DNA from: Microcoleus sp.
GTDB taxonomy: Bacteria; Cyanobacteriota; Cyanobacteriia; Cyanobacteriales; Microcoleaceae
Assembly (NCBI GenBank): GCA_052279835.1
Contig: CP181291.1
Location: 2,816,001 to 2,880,000 of the forward strand
Length of the DNA stretch: 64,000 nucleotides
Direction of reading: 5' to 3'
Below the pieces are notes generated by a model. It saw nothing but the letters and a program-made list of their open reading frames with translations, had not been told where the DNA came from and did no database searches. Below are positions 10,723-19,624 of this stretch, piece by piece. The position numbers were made by a program, and so were the translations under genes. Every line of letters begins with the position of its first letter. Position 1 is the first letter of the stretch.

Positions 10723-10986
10723 ATGCAAGTTAGCGATCGGACAATTTCTGTAACTAATTCTAGGCTGAAAACGTTAATTGATGAATTGGGTACTGAGTGT
10801 CAAAATGTGATTACTTTAATCCATCAGCTTCAGTTACCTGATTTGAGCGATCGACAAAAAGCTGAAATTCTAGCAGAGTTCATAAGTGTTGCAATTCATC
10901 TTAACGTTCACTGCGGAGAGGATTTTCAGACGCTTGTTGCTGAGGAAATGGAAAAGTTGTCGGATGTTGACGAAGAAGATTCCTAG
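10723..10986 (+). CDS. Small acidic hypothetical protein (putative antitoxin-like)
   Basis: 87 aa helical acidic ORF coupled to the upstream gene. Confidence 0.7.
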   Translation: MQVSDRTISVTNSRLKTLIDELGTECQNVITLIHQLQLPDLSDRQKAEILAEFISVAIHLNVHCGEDFQTLVAEEMEKLSDVDEEDS

Positions 10987-10991
10987 CAAAC

Positions 10992-11054
10992 AAACCGGGT
11001 TTTTACCTAATCTGGTGGCTGTAAGGAAGTATTTTCCCAAACAACCCGGTTTCT
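10992..11054. repeat. AAACCCGGTTTCT-family inverted repeat
   Basis: AAACCGGGTTTTT ... AACCCGGTTTCT, homologous to 6759-6822. Confidence 0.7.
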
Positions 11055-11081
11055 GAGTCCCCATGCGTCCAAGACTGAATA

Positions 11082-11090
11082 TGCTATATT
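11082..11090 (+). promoter_or_regulatory. Putative extended -10 promoter of the ncRNA array
   Basis: TGC-TATATT (TGn + -10-like) just upstream of the first structured segment. Confidence 0.4.
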
Positions 11091-11199
11091 GAAGCCGGGA
11101 TAGCGAAAAAGTTACAAGCTATAGTTTGGGTTTTATATACCCGACTGGTGCGCCTACCTTTGGTTGGAGCGTATACCGCTAGGTACTTTTAACTATATT

Positions 11200-11271
11200 G
11201 TTTGATTAGCTCAGTTGGTAGAGCGATCGGCTTTCCGAAGTGTCACAGGTTCGAGTCCTGTATCAGCCCCA
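11200..11271 (+). ncRNA. tRNA-like RNA with shortened anticodon arm, ending in CCA
   Basis: D arm GCTC-AGTTGGTA-GAGC, T arm ACAGG-TTCGAGT-CCTGT, acceptor GTTTGAT/ATCAGCC with one mismatch, anticodon arm only TCGG-CTTT-CCGA. Confidence 0.75.
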
Positions 11272-11272
11272 C

Positions 11273-11341
11273 AAAGTTAGCTCAATTGGTAGAGCGAATT
11301 GACTAATAATCAATTTGTAACAGGTTCAAATCCTGTACTTT
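11273..11341 (+). ncRNA. tRNA-like RNA with AAT anticodon position and short acceptor stem
   Basis: D arm GCTC-AATTGGTA-GAGC, AATTGA-CTAATAA-TCAATT arm, T arm ACAGG-TTCAAAT-CCTGT, 5-bp acceptor AAAGT/ACTTT, no CCA. Confidence 0.75.
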
Positions 11342-11409
11342 AAAAAACCCTGGCCCTGGGTACGGGCACTTTGTTAAGGACAAAGCAGCTTAATCGTTTG
11401 TGTGAATTA

Positions 11410-11670
11410 CTCTGTAATGCAAGTGTTTGTTAGCAGCCAAGAAGCTAGTGCAACTGTATCTCTCCCTGATTTGAGTGTGTTCCTTCGCGTTGCTTGCATT
11501 TGGTTTTCCTGTGGGGATGCTGGATTGGTTGGGCGATCGGCGTATTTGAGCATTACTATTTTTTTCGAGATTACCGAAAGGTGATTTAGCAGAAGTAGTG
11601 ACAATCTTAATCCAGTCTAGGAGACTCTGAATGCCCGCATCTGAACTGTAAACACTTGCACTTGACAGAG
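11410..11670 (+). ncRNA. Candidate ~260 nt rod-like structured RNA
   Basis: ~20 bp closing stem plus four nested helices ending in a GAAA tetraloop; G-U pairs favour the + strand. Confidence 0.6.
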
Positions 11671-11784
11671 TTTAAAAAAGTATTGTAGTATGTATAATAC
11701 AAACAAAAGCAAAGCAGGCGATCGATGTTGGGATTAAATCTGCTTCGCTGGTTCCGTTCGCCCAAATTATCTATTAAAATTTCT

Positions 11785-13314
11785 ATGTGGAAAACCTTTT
11801 ATATCCAACCTAACCAAATTGGAATCTTATATCATCGCAGCGACTTTAAGAAATTTTTGCTGCCCGGTACATACACTTATTTCCGTAGCGATTTGAATTT
11901 AAAAAGCTACGATCTAAATCAGCCAGAAGCTAAGATTGACAACTTAGAACTGTTACTAAGAAACCACGGAACCGAATTACAAGAACATCTCTCGATTGTC
12001 AGAACCGCATTCAATCAAACAGCTTTAGTTCGTTTGGGTCAAACTTGGATAAGTGTTTTACCTAATCAATTGCGGGCGTTTTGGCGCGGTTTTATTGAAG
12101 TAGAATCTCATGTTTTTAATTTAGACGAGAGTTGGGAATTGCCTGGTGAGTTTGTGCAAAAAGTGCGATCGCTCACTTTTTTGCAAGGACTGAAAAACTT
12201 CCAAGTTTCTGAGTCTGAACTAGGTTTGCTGTACGTGCAGAATAATTTTGTACGCCCTCTAGAATCAGGAGAATACACTTTTTGGTCTGTGGATCGAAAT
12301 GTGGCAGTTAAAACTCTGGAGCGAAATATTCCTAATCCTGAATTTCCCCAAGCAAATGTCCTAATTGAAAAACATCCCGATTTTGTAGCAGCCTACTGCG
12401 AACTCGTCCAATTACTGGGTCATCAAATTGCGATCGTGCGCGATCGAGGAAAAGTTATTGCTTTTTTGCCACCGACAAGCCGCCAGCTATTTTGGCAAGG
12501 TGTTGACGTGGAAATAATCGACATTAATACTGATGTTAATTTAGACCACCGTTTAATAGCTGAGTTGGTTGCTGGTTCCCCAGAAGCTCTATCAACCTGT
12601 GCCAAGTATTTGCATCTTTGTGAAGTTCCGGCACAGCACGTTGGACTATTGTATATAAACCAAGAGTTTCAATCGCAATTGCCACCAGGAATTCATGCTT
12701 GGTGGAAGTTTGGGCGCTCTTTTCAAACGGAAGTAATTGATTTGCGCTTACAAAATATTGAGGTATCTGGTCAAGATATCTTGTCAAAGGATAAAGTACC
12801 TTTGCGCTTGAATTTGACGGCTGGATACCGCATCCGAGATCCGCTGATGGCAAAAAATGGCTTGTCCGATATTACGGGATTTTTGTACAAGGAATTGCAG
12901 TTTGCTTTGCGCGGTGCGGTGGGGGAACAGACTCTGGATGGGTTGTTGGATAGCAAAGGTGCGATCGATCGCAGTATATCTGAATACATCCGCGCTAAAA
13001 CCACAGATTATGGTATTGAAGTCGATTCTGTTGGTGTCAAAGATATTATTTTACCTGGTGAAATTAAGGCGATTTTGAGCAAGGTTGTGGAAGCGGAAAA
13101 ATTGGCTCAAGCCAATGGAGTTAGGCGCAGGGAGGAGACTGCTGCTACTCGGAGTATGTTGAATACTGCGAAGGTGATGGAGGATAATCCTGTGGCTTTG
13201 CGTTTGAAGGAATTGGAGGTTTTGGAACGGATTGCGGAGAAGATCGACCGGATTCAAGTTAATGGGGGCTTGGATAATATTTTGACGGATTTGATTCGGA
13301 TGAATCGAGAGTGA
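11785..13314 (+). CDS. Slipin family SPFH/band-7 protein with repeated N-terminal beta modules
   Basis: C-terminal DLRLQ..EVSGQDILSKDKVPLRLN, GVKDIILPGE, RREETAATRSMLNTAKVMEDNPVALRLKELE; repeated (GLLY...L.PG.Y.FW) modules; alternative start 11725. Confidence 0.88.
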   Translation: MWKTFYIQPNQIGILYHRSDFKKFLLPGTYTYFRSDLNLKSYDLNQPEAKIDNLELLLRNHGTELQEHLSIVRTAFNQTALVRLGQTWISVLPNQLRAFWRGFIEVESHVFNLDESWELPGEFVQKVRSLTFLQGLKNFQVSESELGLLYVQNNFVRPLESGEYTFWSVDRNVAVKTLERNIPNPEFPQANVLIEKHPDFVAAYCELVQLLGHQIAIVRDRGKVIAFLPPTSRQLFWQGVDVEIIDINTDVNLDHRLIAELVAGSPEALSTCAKYLHLCEVPAQHVGLLYINQEFQSQLPPGIHAWWKFGRSFQTEVIDLRLQNIEVSGQDILSKDKVPLRLNLTAGYRIRDPLMAKNGLSDITGFLYKELQFALRGAVGEQTLDGLLDSKGAIDRSISEYIRAKTTDYGIEVDSVGVKDIILPGEIKAILSKVVEAEKLAQANGVRRREETAATRSMLNTAKVMEDNPVALRLKELEVLERIAEKIDRIQVNGGLDNILTDLIRMNRE

Positions 13315-13417
13315 TATAGCAATTCTAAATCATTTGTGAATTTCTTACTCCCTCCCCTTAGTAAGGGGAGGGTTGGGGTGGGGTAAAAAATTTACGACTC
13401 CTGCAAGGATTGCTATA
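13315..13417. mobile_element. MITE with TATAGCAAT..ATTGCTATA ends
   Basis: Terminal inverted repeats; internal CTCCCCTTAGTAAGGGGAG hairpin; related remnant at ~312-348. Confidence 0.7.
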
Positions 13418-13425
13418 GCTATTTA

Positions 13426-15108
13426 CTGGAGTTTAGACTAAAAAACGATCGCATCTAAAAGTAGCGGCCGAAAGAAGATCCGGCAAGCTGTTACTCAAAA
13501 GCTCAAGAGAGAGCAGATTAAATAGCTAATCTTGAAGATTTTTTGCGTCGAGAAACCCGTTTTTTGACAGTGGGATAGCACGGTGCCTTAGTACGTACCT
13601 TTCCTGTTTCCCAACCGGGGGATTTTCCCCTCTGTTTTGGTAGTTTGGTAGGAGTACCAATGTCAACTAAAACTGATAACATTGACTGGGCAACACGTCC
13701 AGGAGTTAAATCGATCTTAGCAGATTGCCAAGGCAGTCGATGCTCGAGAACTAAGTCCCTAGCCAGCCAGAGTTGCCAACTCATCAATGGCATTAAATCA
13801 CTCCAACGTTCACATTGTTCAGGAGTTCTCAAGTTAGGCAATGTCCAATGCAATCGTTGCTTAGCAAACCGATACCAATGATCCACCCCAAAACGTCGTA
13901 AATACTTAAACCAAACAGTTTCTAAGGGTAGAGTTCGTTCTCCTACCCAAACCAACCATAAAGGTGGAAATGGCTGACCGTTTGACATGGGCTTCATTCT
14001 TTCGACCAGGATTAAATTGACTTTTTGTCCAGCGGCACGATAGAAATGTAGGTCAAGCCATTGTCTGACTCGGACTTGTCCCAACTGTGGATGTTCGTCA
14101 ATGAAGATCGCAGCATCCGCTTGGAGCCATGTAGTTGGGTCATTCAGCCTCATTTTTGGCCCGTGCTTACGTGGTCTACCGCGACCACTATAGGTTGGTG
14201 GTGCTGACCACAAACAGGCATTCTTTCGGACTCGCATTAAGCAATCAGCTTGAATGTCTGCTTGCGCCAGTACCCAATTTGCATTGCCATATTCTCGATC
14301 TAAAACTGCTAAGACTGGATTGAGGCTTTGTTCGCAAACAAGTTTGAGTTGGGAAGCTGCTTGAAGTATGGGTGAAGACCCACTACTGATTCTTTCATGA
14401 AGTAGGGGTAATGCCCAACTTCCTTGAGCTTCAGGTATCCAGGCAATGGTACTGTACCCCTGTCCAATAATTACACCCCTCTGATATTCATGGGTTCTGT
14501 CTTGTAATGTTTTGGCTTCTGCTCTGGCCCATGCAGTGTGGTCGATCGCGACTAATATATGTTCTGTTGGGGGTACTTGCTGTTCTAATTGCTTTCGGTA
14601 CAACTCCATCAGTTTTTTTCGGTCTGGCCTACTGTCTTGTAATGCTTCGTAAATACTTGGCCATTGACGATTGAATAATGGGCTGAGTGAAAATTCCGCT
14701 AAACATGACGCATTTCTGGTGGTCATCACTGCATCCATCAGCTCGAAAGTGGCATCTTTCGCTCGCACCAATAACTCGTATGCTGCTTGACGAAAGTTCT
14801 TTAATCGTTCACTGTTCATTCAGGGAGTGGATAGGTTTTCTTTTTCACCCTCATTCTCTCCCGGCGCGGTGGCTTTAGCTTTGCTCAAAGCCACCGTTCT
14901 CTCTTTTTTAGTCTCAACTCCCGTCAAGAAATTAGGTCGCTCCTGGCGCGTGTTTCTTCCCTCATCAAGTTTGCGCCCTTAAAGAAAACGTCAACGGTCG
15001 CTGGATTTCTATCTTACGATCGAGCTTCATAACCTGTCGCCAGCGACCGTTGCCGTTTTTGAGTGCGGTGACGATCGCCCTTTAATAGCTGTTTAGTCTA
15101 AACTCCAG
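13426..15108 (-). mobile_element. Complete insertion sequence (DDE, IS4/IS701-like)
   Basis: Perfect 17-bp TIR CTGGAGTTTAGACTAAA; direct repeat CTATTTA on both flanks (13419-13425, 15109-15115). Confidence 0.92.
13518..14819 (-). CDS. DDE transposase
   Basis: AIDHTAW, VLDREYG, YLRRFGVDHWYRFAKQ, PKQRGKSPGW motifs; lies inside the TIRs. Confidence 0.92.
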   Translation of the reverse strand: MNSERLKNFRQAAYELLVRAKDATFELMDAVMTTRNASCLAEFSLSPLFNRQWPSIYEALQDSRPDRKKLMELYRKQLEQQVPPTEHILVAIDHTAWARAEAKTLQDRTHEYQRGVIIGQGYSTIAWIPEAQGSWALPLLHERISSGSSPILQAASQLKLVCEQSLNPVLAVLDREYGNANWVLAQADIQADCLMRVRKNACLWSAPPTYSGRGRPRKHGPKMRLNDPTTWLQADAAIFIDEHPQLGQVRVRQWLDLHFYRAAGQKVNLILVERMKPMSNGQPFPPLWLVWVGERTLPLETVWFKYLRRFGVDHWYRFAKQRLHWTLPNLRTPEQCERWSDLMPLMSWQLWLARDLVLEHRLPWQSAKIDLTPGRVAQSMLSVLVDIGTPTKLPKQRGKSPGWETGKVRTKAPCYPTVKKRVSRRKKSSRLAI

Positions 15109-15210
15109 CTATTTAGACTCGGCGATTGAAATCGCGTCTACACAAACGAAGCTATTTAGACTCGGCGATTGAAATCGCGTCTACACAAACGAAGTCCGCC
15201 TCCGCGGACT
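15108..15210. repeat. 43-bp tandem duplication followed by a GTCCGCCTCCGCGGAC hairpin
   Basis: GCTATTTAGACTCGGCGATTGAAATCGCGTCTACACAAACGAA at 15108-15150 and 15151-15193. Confidence 0.9.
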
Positions 15211-15294
15211 GAAAGAAAGAATAAAGAAATAAATTAACCCGAATTGGTATGATATTCTCGTAAATGCCATACCTGCATAAAATTAGCAATTTAA

Positions 15295-16497
15295 ATGACC
15301 GCAACAGATTCTACTAAGCACCAAAAATCCAAAGCCCTGAAACCGGGTAGTCGCCGCCCTGCGAAAGAACTTTGCAGCGAGTGCGGTTTGTGCGATACAT
15401 ATTATATCCATTATGTCAAGGAATCTTGTGCTTTCTTAACACAGCACATCGCGGAACTGGAAGCAGAGATTCACGGGCGATCGCGCAATCTCGACAATCC
15501 AGACGATTGGTATTTCGGAGTCAGTCAAAACATGATGGCGGCTCGGAAAAAAGAGCCGATAGAAGGGGCTCAGTGGACGGGAATCGTTAGCACAATTGCG
15601 ATCGAAATGCTGGAAAAAGGGATTGTAGAAGGCGTTGTTTGCGTCCAAAACACCAAAGAAGACCGCTTTCAACCGATGCCGATTATTGCGACAACTCGCG
15701 AAGAGATTCTCGCAGCAAAAGTCAACAAACCGACTCTCTCTCCCAACCTTTCAGTATTGGAACAAATCGAAAAATCGGGGATGAAGCGGCTGTTAGTAAT
15801 TGGGGTCGGCTGTCAAATTCAAGCCTTGCGAACAGTCGAGAAAAAACTCGGTTTAGAAAAGCTCTATGTTTTGGGAACTCCCTGCGTCGATAATGTTAGT
15901 CGCGCTGGGTTGCAAAAGTTCCTAGATACCACTAGCCGTTCTCCCGAAACAGTTCTGTCTTACGAGTTTATGCAAGACTTTAATGTTCACTTCAAACACG
16001 AAGATGGTTCGGTGGAAAAAGTGCCGTTTTTTGGATTGAATACTAAGGAATTGAAAGATGTTTTTGCTCCTTCTTGTTTGAGTTGTTTTGATTATGTTAA
16101 TTCCTTGGCAGATTTAGTTGTGGGCTACATGGGCGCACCTTTTGGCTGGCAGTGGATTGTGGTGCGAAATGATACTGGACAAGAGATGTTGGATTTGGTA
16201 ACGGATCAGCTAAATACTCAGCCGGTGATGTCTCAGGGAAACAGAAAAGAGGCTGTGCAGCAAAGCATTCCGGCTTATGAAAAAGGGGTGACTTTGCCGA
16301 TGTGGGCGGCAAAGTTAATGGGGGTTTTTATTGAGAGAATTGGGCCGAAGGGTTTGGAATATGCTCGGTTTTCTATTGATTCTCATTTCACTCGCAATTA
16401 TCTGTACGTGAAGCGGAATTACCCAGATAAATTGGAGGCTCATGTACCGGAATATGCTAAGCGGATTGTGGGTCAGTATAAGTTACCTGACGTTTAG
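15295..16497 (+). CDS. bciB: Ferredoxin-dependent 8-vinyl (divinyl chlorophyllide) reductase, FrhB family
   Basis: CSECGLCD, GAQWTGIV, GVGCQ, GTPCVDN, CLSCFDYVN..ADLVVGYMG. Confidence 0.8.
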   Translation: MTATDSTKHQKSKALKPGSRRPAKELCSECGLCDTYYIHYVKESCAFLTQHIAELEAEIHGRSRNLDNPDDWYFGVSQNMMAARKKEPIEGAQWTGIVSTIAIEMLEKGIVEGVVCVQNTKEDRFQPMPIIATTREEILAAKVNKPTLSPNLSVLEQIEKSGMKRLLVIGVGCQIQALRTVEKKLGLEKLYVLGTPCVDNVSRAGLQKFLDTTSRSPETVLSYEFMQDFNVHFKHEDGSVEKVPFFGLNTKELKDVFAPSCLSCFDYVNSLADLVVGYMGAPFGWQWIVVRNDTGQEMLDLVTDQLNTQPVMSQGNRKEAVQQSIPAYEKGVTLPMWAAKLMGVFIERIGPKGLEYARFSIDSHFTRNYLYVKRNYPDKLEAHVPEYAKRIVGQYKLPDV

Positions 16498-16503
16498 GTA
16501 AAA

Positions 16504-16566
16504 GTAGGGTGCGTAGCCTGAAACGATGATGGCGATGTGCCGGGATTCAGTAGCGACGCACCTTAC
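16504..16566. repeat. REP-like inverted repeat between convergent genes
   Basis: GTAGGGTGCGT ... ACGCACCTTAC. Confidence 0.65.
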
Positions 16567-16570
16567 GGAA

Positions 16571-18652
16571 TTAATATGATTTGCTATGAGCCGCCGGCAA
16601 AGACAACTGAGGTGGAATTTTAGGATAGTTTGTTTCGCCGGAAATCACCGCCGGTTCTTGGGAAAGTAAAAACTCACGAATTACCCTAGCCACGACTCTT
16701 TGAGCTAAACCGCCGACTACTTGTTGGCCCATATTCTGCACTTCTGGTTTCACTAACAACTGGGGAAGTAGTTGTAATACTTTCATGCTGTCAAAACCGG
16801 GAGTTGATTGCAAAATATCCCAAATCCGTTTGATGTGTTCTAGATTTTTTTGTTCCGTTTGTGAAACCATTGGTGGATTTTGTTTGACTCCAAACCATTC
16901 GCCGACTACTGATTTAGCATTAGCAAAGGCGTTGTTGGAAACTGTGTCGAGACTTTTGACTAATTCCAGGACTATGCGATCGCGAATAAAGTCTCCTCTT
17001 TGAGAAAATAAATAGTCTAATGCTTGGTTCAGGATTTTGCTGATGTCGTAGTCTTCGCTATCGCGGGCATTGTTGAGTAAGTTTTCTAACCGATTCCAGC
17101 GGAATTCTCCTTGTTTGAATAACAACTCTTGCAGAGATGTTCTCAATTCTGGCGCGGGGTCGCTCAACAGGCGTTTGGCGACGTAGGGATAGGCTTTGCT
17201 GAGGACTTTAAATTCGGGGTCAACGTTGATTGCAATGCCTTCTAAGGTGACGAGCGATCGAATAATCAAAGCATAGTAGGCTGGAACTCGGAAGGGATAT
17301 TCGTACATCACTGCCGATAGTTCGTCTGTAATGCTTTTGAAATTGAGTTCGGCGACGCTAGCACCCAAAGCATTGTTAAACACTCTAGCCAAGGCGGGAA
17401 TAATGGGTGTTAAATCGGTGTCTGGTGTTAAAAAATCTAACTTGACATAATCTTTGGCTAAACCTTCAAAGTCGCGATTCACTAAATGGACTACAGCTTC
17501 TAATAGGCCGTATCTTTGATATGGTTTAACTTCGCTCATCATGCCGAAGTCGAGATAAGCTAACTTACCGTCGGGAGTTGCCAAAAGGTTGCCTGGATGG
17601 GGGTCAGCGTGAAAAAAACCGTGTTCCAGCAGTTGTCTGAGGGAGCATTGCACTCCCACTTCAATTAAGTAAGGAGCGTCGATTCCTTGAGCTTTGACGG
17701 CTTCTAAATTGGTGAGTTTGATGCCGGTGATCCACTCCATTGTCAAGACGCGGCGGCGGGTATATTGCCAGTAGATACTGGGAACGTAAATATCTTTAAG
17801 GTGGCCGTAGAGTTCTCTAAAACGTTCGGCATTTTGTCCTTCGTGGGTGTAGTCCATTTCTTCGTAAATGCGTTCGCCCAATTCGTCCATAATTCCTGCG
17901 AGGTCGCTGCGAATCATTTTGAAGTTGTTTTGTGCCCAGAGTGCGACGCGCCGCAGGATGTAGATGTCTAAACCAATGTTTTCGGCTAAGCCTGGTCGTT
18001 GGACTTTGATCGCGACGGTTTCTCCGGTTTTGAGTTTGCCTTTGTAGACTTGTCCGAGAGATGCTGCGGCGATGGGATCGGGGCTGATTTCTGCGTAGAT
18101 TTCTCTGGGGTGGGCACCCAATTCTTCTTCTATAAATCTATATGCTACTTCGTTGGGAAAGGGTGGTAATTGGTCTTGCAGTGTTGTGAGTTCTTCTAAA
18201 TATGCTGGGGGTACTAAGTCTGGTCTTGTTGAGAGTGCTTGTCCGATTTTGATGAAAGCTGGGCCTAGTTGACTGAGAATTTCTCGTAGTCTGGCGGCGC
18301 GACGCTTTTCGTTGGTGGCGGTGCGGCCTGTTTTGCCGTCGAACCACAAACTGAAGGTAAAGCCGAAAAATGTCCAAATCACACTCAGTAGTCTTCCCCA
18401 GACTTCTAGAGGGCGATTTTTGTATTCGGCTGCGATCGCCACTGGATCGTATCGAACAGCTTCTCCGGCTAACTCGAAAGCTATGTCTCTGGCTGATTTG
18501 AGGACTTCGGAGGTTACGGTGTCTGTCTCTATTGCGACTGGTACTGCTGGCAGGGGAATTGTGTTTGCATCTTTGAGATTGCCGAGTACAGGCTGAGTCG
18601 CAGAATTTGCATAAGTTGGCGGGGAGGCTGGCGATACAGTCTTGACATTCAT
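16571..18652 (-). CDS. ABC1/UbiB/AarF family atypical kinase
   Basis: LGPAFIKIGQALSTRPD, AAASLGQVY, VAIKVQRP, FHADPHPGN, LDFGM. Confidence 0.93.
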   Translation of the reverse strand: MNVKTVSPASPPTYANSATQPVLGNLKDANTIPLPAVPVAIETDTVTSEVLKSARDIAFELAGEAVRYDPVAIAAEYKNRPLEVWGRLLSVIWTFFGFTFSLWFDGKTGRTATNEKRRAARLREILSQLGPAFIKIGQALSTRPDLVPPAYLEELTTLQDQLPPFPNEVAYRFIEEELGAHPREIYAEISPDPIAAASLGQVYKGKLKTGETVAIKVQRPGLAENIGLDIYILRRVALWAQNNFKMIRSDLAGIMDELGERIYEEMDYTHEGQNAERFRELYGHLKDIYVPSIYWQYTRRRVLTMEWITGIKLTNLEAVKAQGIDAPYLIEVGVQCSLRQLLEHGFFHADPHPGNLLATPDGKLAYLDFGMMSEVKPYQRYGLLEAVVHLVNRDFEGLAKDYVKLDFLTPDTDLTPIIPALARVFNNALGASVAELNFKSITDELSAVMYEYPFRVPAYYALIIRSLVTLEGIAINVDPEFKVLSKAYPYVAKRLLSDPAPELRTSLQELLFKQGEFRWNRLENLLNNARDSEDYDISKILNQALDYLFSQRGDFIRDRIVLELVKSLDTVSNNAFANAKSVVGEWFGVKQNPPMVSQTEQKNLEHIKRIWDILQSTPGFDSMKVLQLLPQLLVKPEVQNMGQQVVGGLAQRVVARVIREFLLSQEPAVISGETNYPKIPPQLSLPAAHSKSY

Positions 18653-18792
18653 AACTCAGACCTAATGTGAAGCATTGTAAACATATTGTAACAATTTAAG
18701 GATGAAGGAAGACGGAAGAGGGAAAAAGCAGATTTTGGTAATTCTCCCCTTTTTCCTCTCTTCCTCTGGCTCAACTTAAGCCCATCTCTGTG

Positions 18793-19215
18793 CTACTCGT
18801 GGCTTAAGTTGAGGAGTCGATCGCAAATTCCTGACAGTTGCAATTGGGTGCTGACTGGCGATCGAGGTTGAGGTATTTCCGTATTGGGCCAGTGGGCTAA
18901 GTCGTTACAGGGACAGCACTCGGCCGGCATTCCCGAATCCCGCAAGGGTACGGGCATGGCACAACGGGCGCAGGGACTCATTTCCCAAGCAGGTGTCAGT
19001 AGTTCGCCTATGGTTTCCTTTGTGCCTTCGAGATAACAGTCTCCGCTGTCGGGGGAGACTATTTTTTGCCAGCATTCTTCAAATTCTTGACTGTAGCGAT
19101 CGCCGGCAATTACTGGTTTGGGCAGCAGTGCTTCGGAACCGTTGCGAATTAATACTTTTTTGCCTAGCTGAAACCAGTAAGCAATATATTTTCTCACTTC
19201 ATATTCTGATGCCAT
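18793..19215 (-). CDS. Conserved cyanobacterial hypothetical protein (Cys-rich C-terminus)
   Basis: 140 aa ORF; YIAYWFQLGKK, CARC, CPC.DL..WPN. Confidence 0.75.
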   Translation of the reverse strand: MASEYEVRKYIAYWFQLGKKVLIRNGSEALLPKPVIAGDRYSQEFEECWQKIVSPDSGDCYLEGTKETIGELLTPAWEMSPCARCAMPVPLRDSGMPAECCPCNDLAHWPNTEIPQPRSPVSTQLQLSGICDRLLNLSHE

Positions 19216-19297
19216 AGCTTTTATTCAACCTTTCAAGCAATTGTTTATTTTAGACTTTCCTGCTTAATTTTTTACCTATTTTATAAACTAGAAAACT

Positions 19298-19440
19298 TCC
19301 TCCTTAAGGGGGATGTCGGGGGGAGCATCCAGATTTTGCATAGGCGAAGCATGACCGCAGACAATTTATTAGCGATAACCAAAGATTTACAGCGGTCATG
19401 CTTCGCCCCTACGAATATATTTGCCAAACACAGATGCACC
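19298..19440. repeat. Composite REP-like element
   Basis: GGCGAAGCATGACCGC/GCGGTCATGCTTCGCC inverted repeat plus a CCTTAAGGGGG unit; similar element at 55327-55415. Confidence 0.65.
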
Positions 19441-19624
19441 CATGTCGGGAAACAAAATATCGATTTTGTTTGGGAATTTAAGTGGTGTGGGTAGCGAGAT
19501 ATTTTTTTAGGGATAATTATCTAATGTAGAGTTTTTTGTGAATGGGGAGAATATACTAAATTGTAACTCATTTTGTGGAGTTTGAAACTTATATTTTCTC
19601 TAAAGTCGATCGCCCGCCGGAGTG

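Noticed and set aside
11200..11341. Canonical tRNA genes
   Set aside because: Anticodon or acceptor arms are non-canonical, so they are reported as tRNA-like RNAs
11402..11604. Short ORFs on both strands (60 and 65 aa)
   Set aside because: No RBS or recognisable motif; the region is better explained by RNA structure
15108..15193. Possible CRISPR repeats
   Set aside because: Two directly adjacent copies with no spacer, and no cas genes in the window
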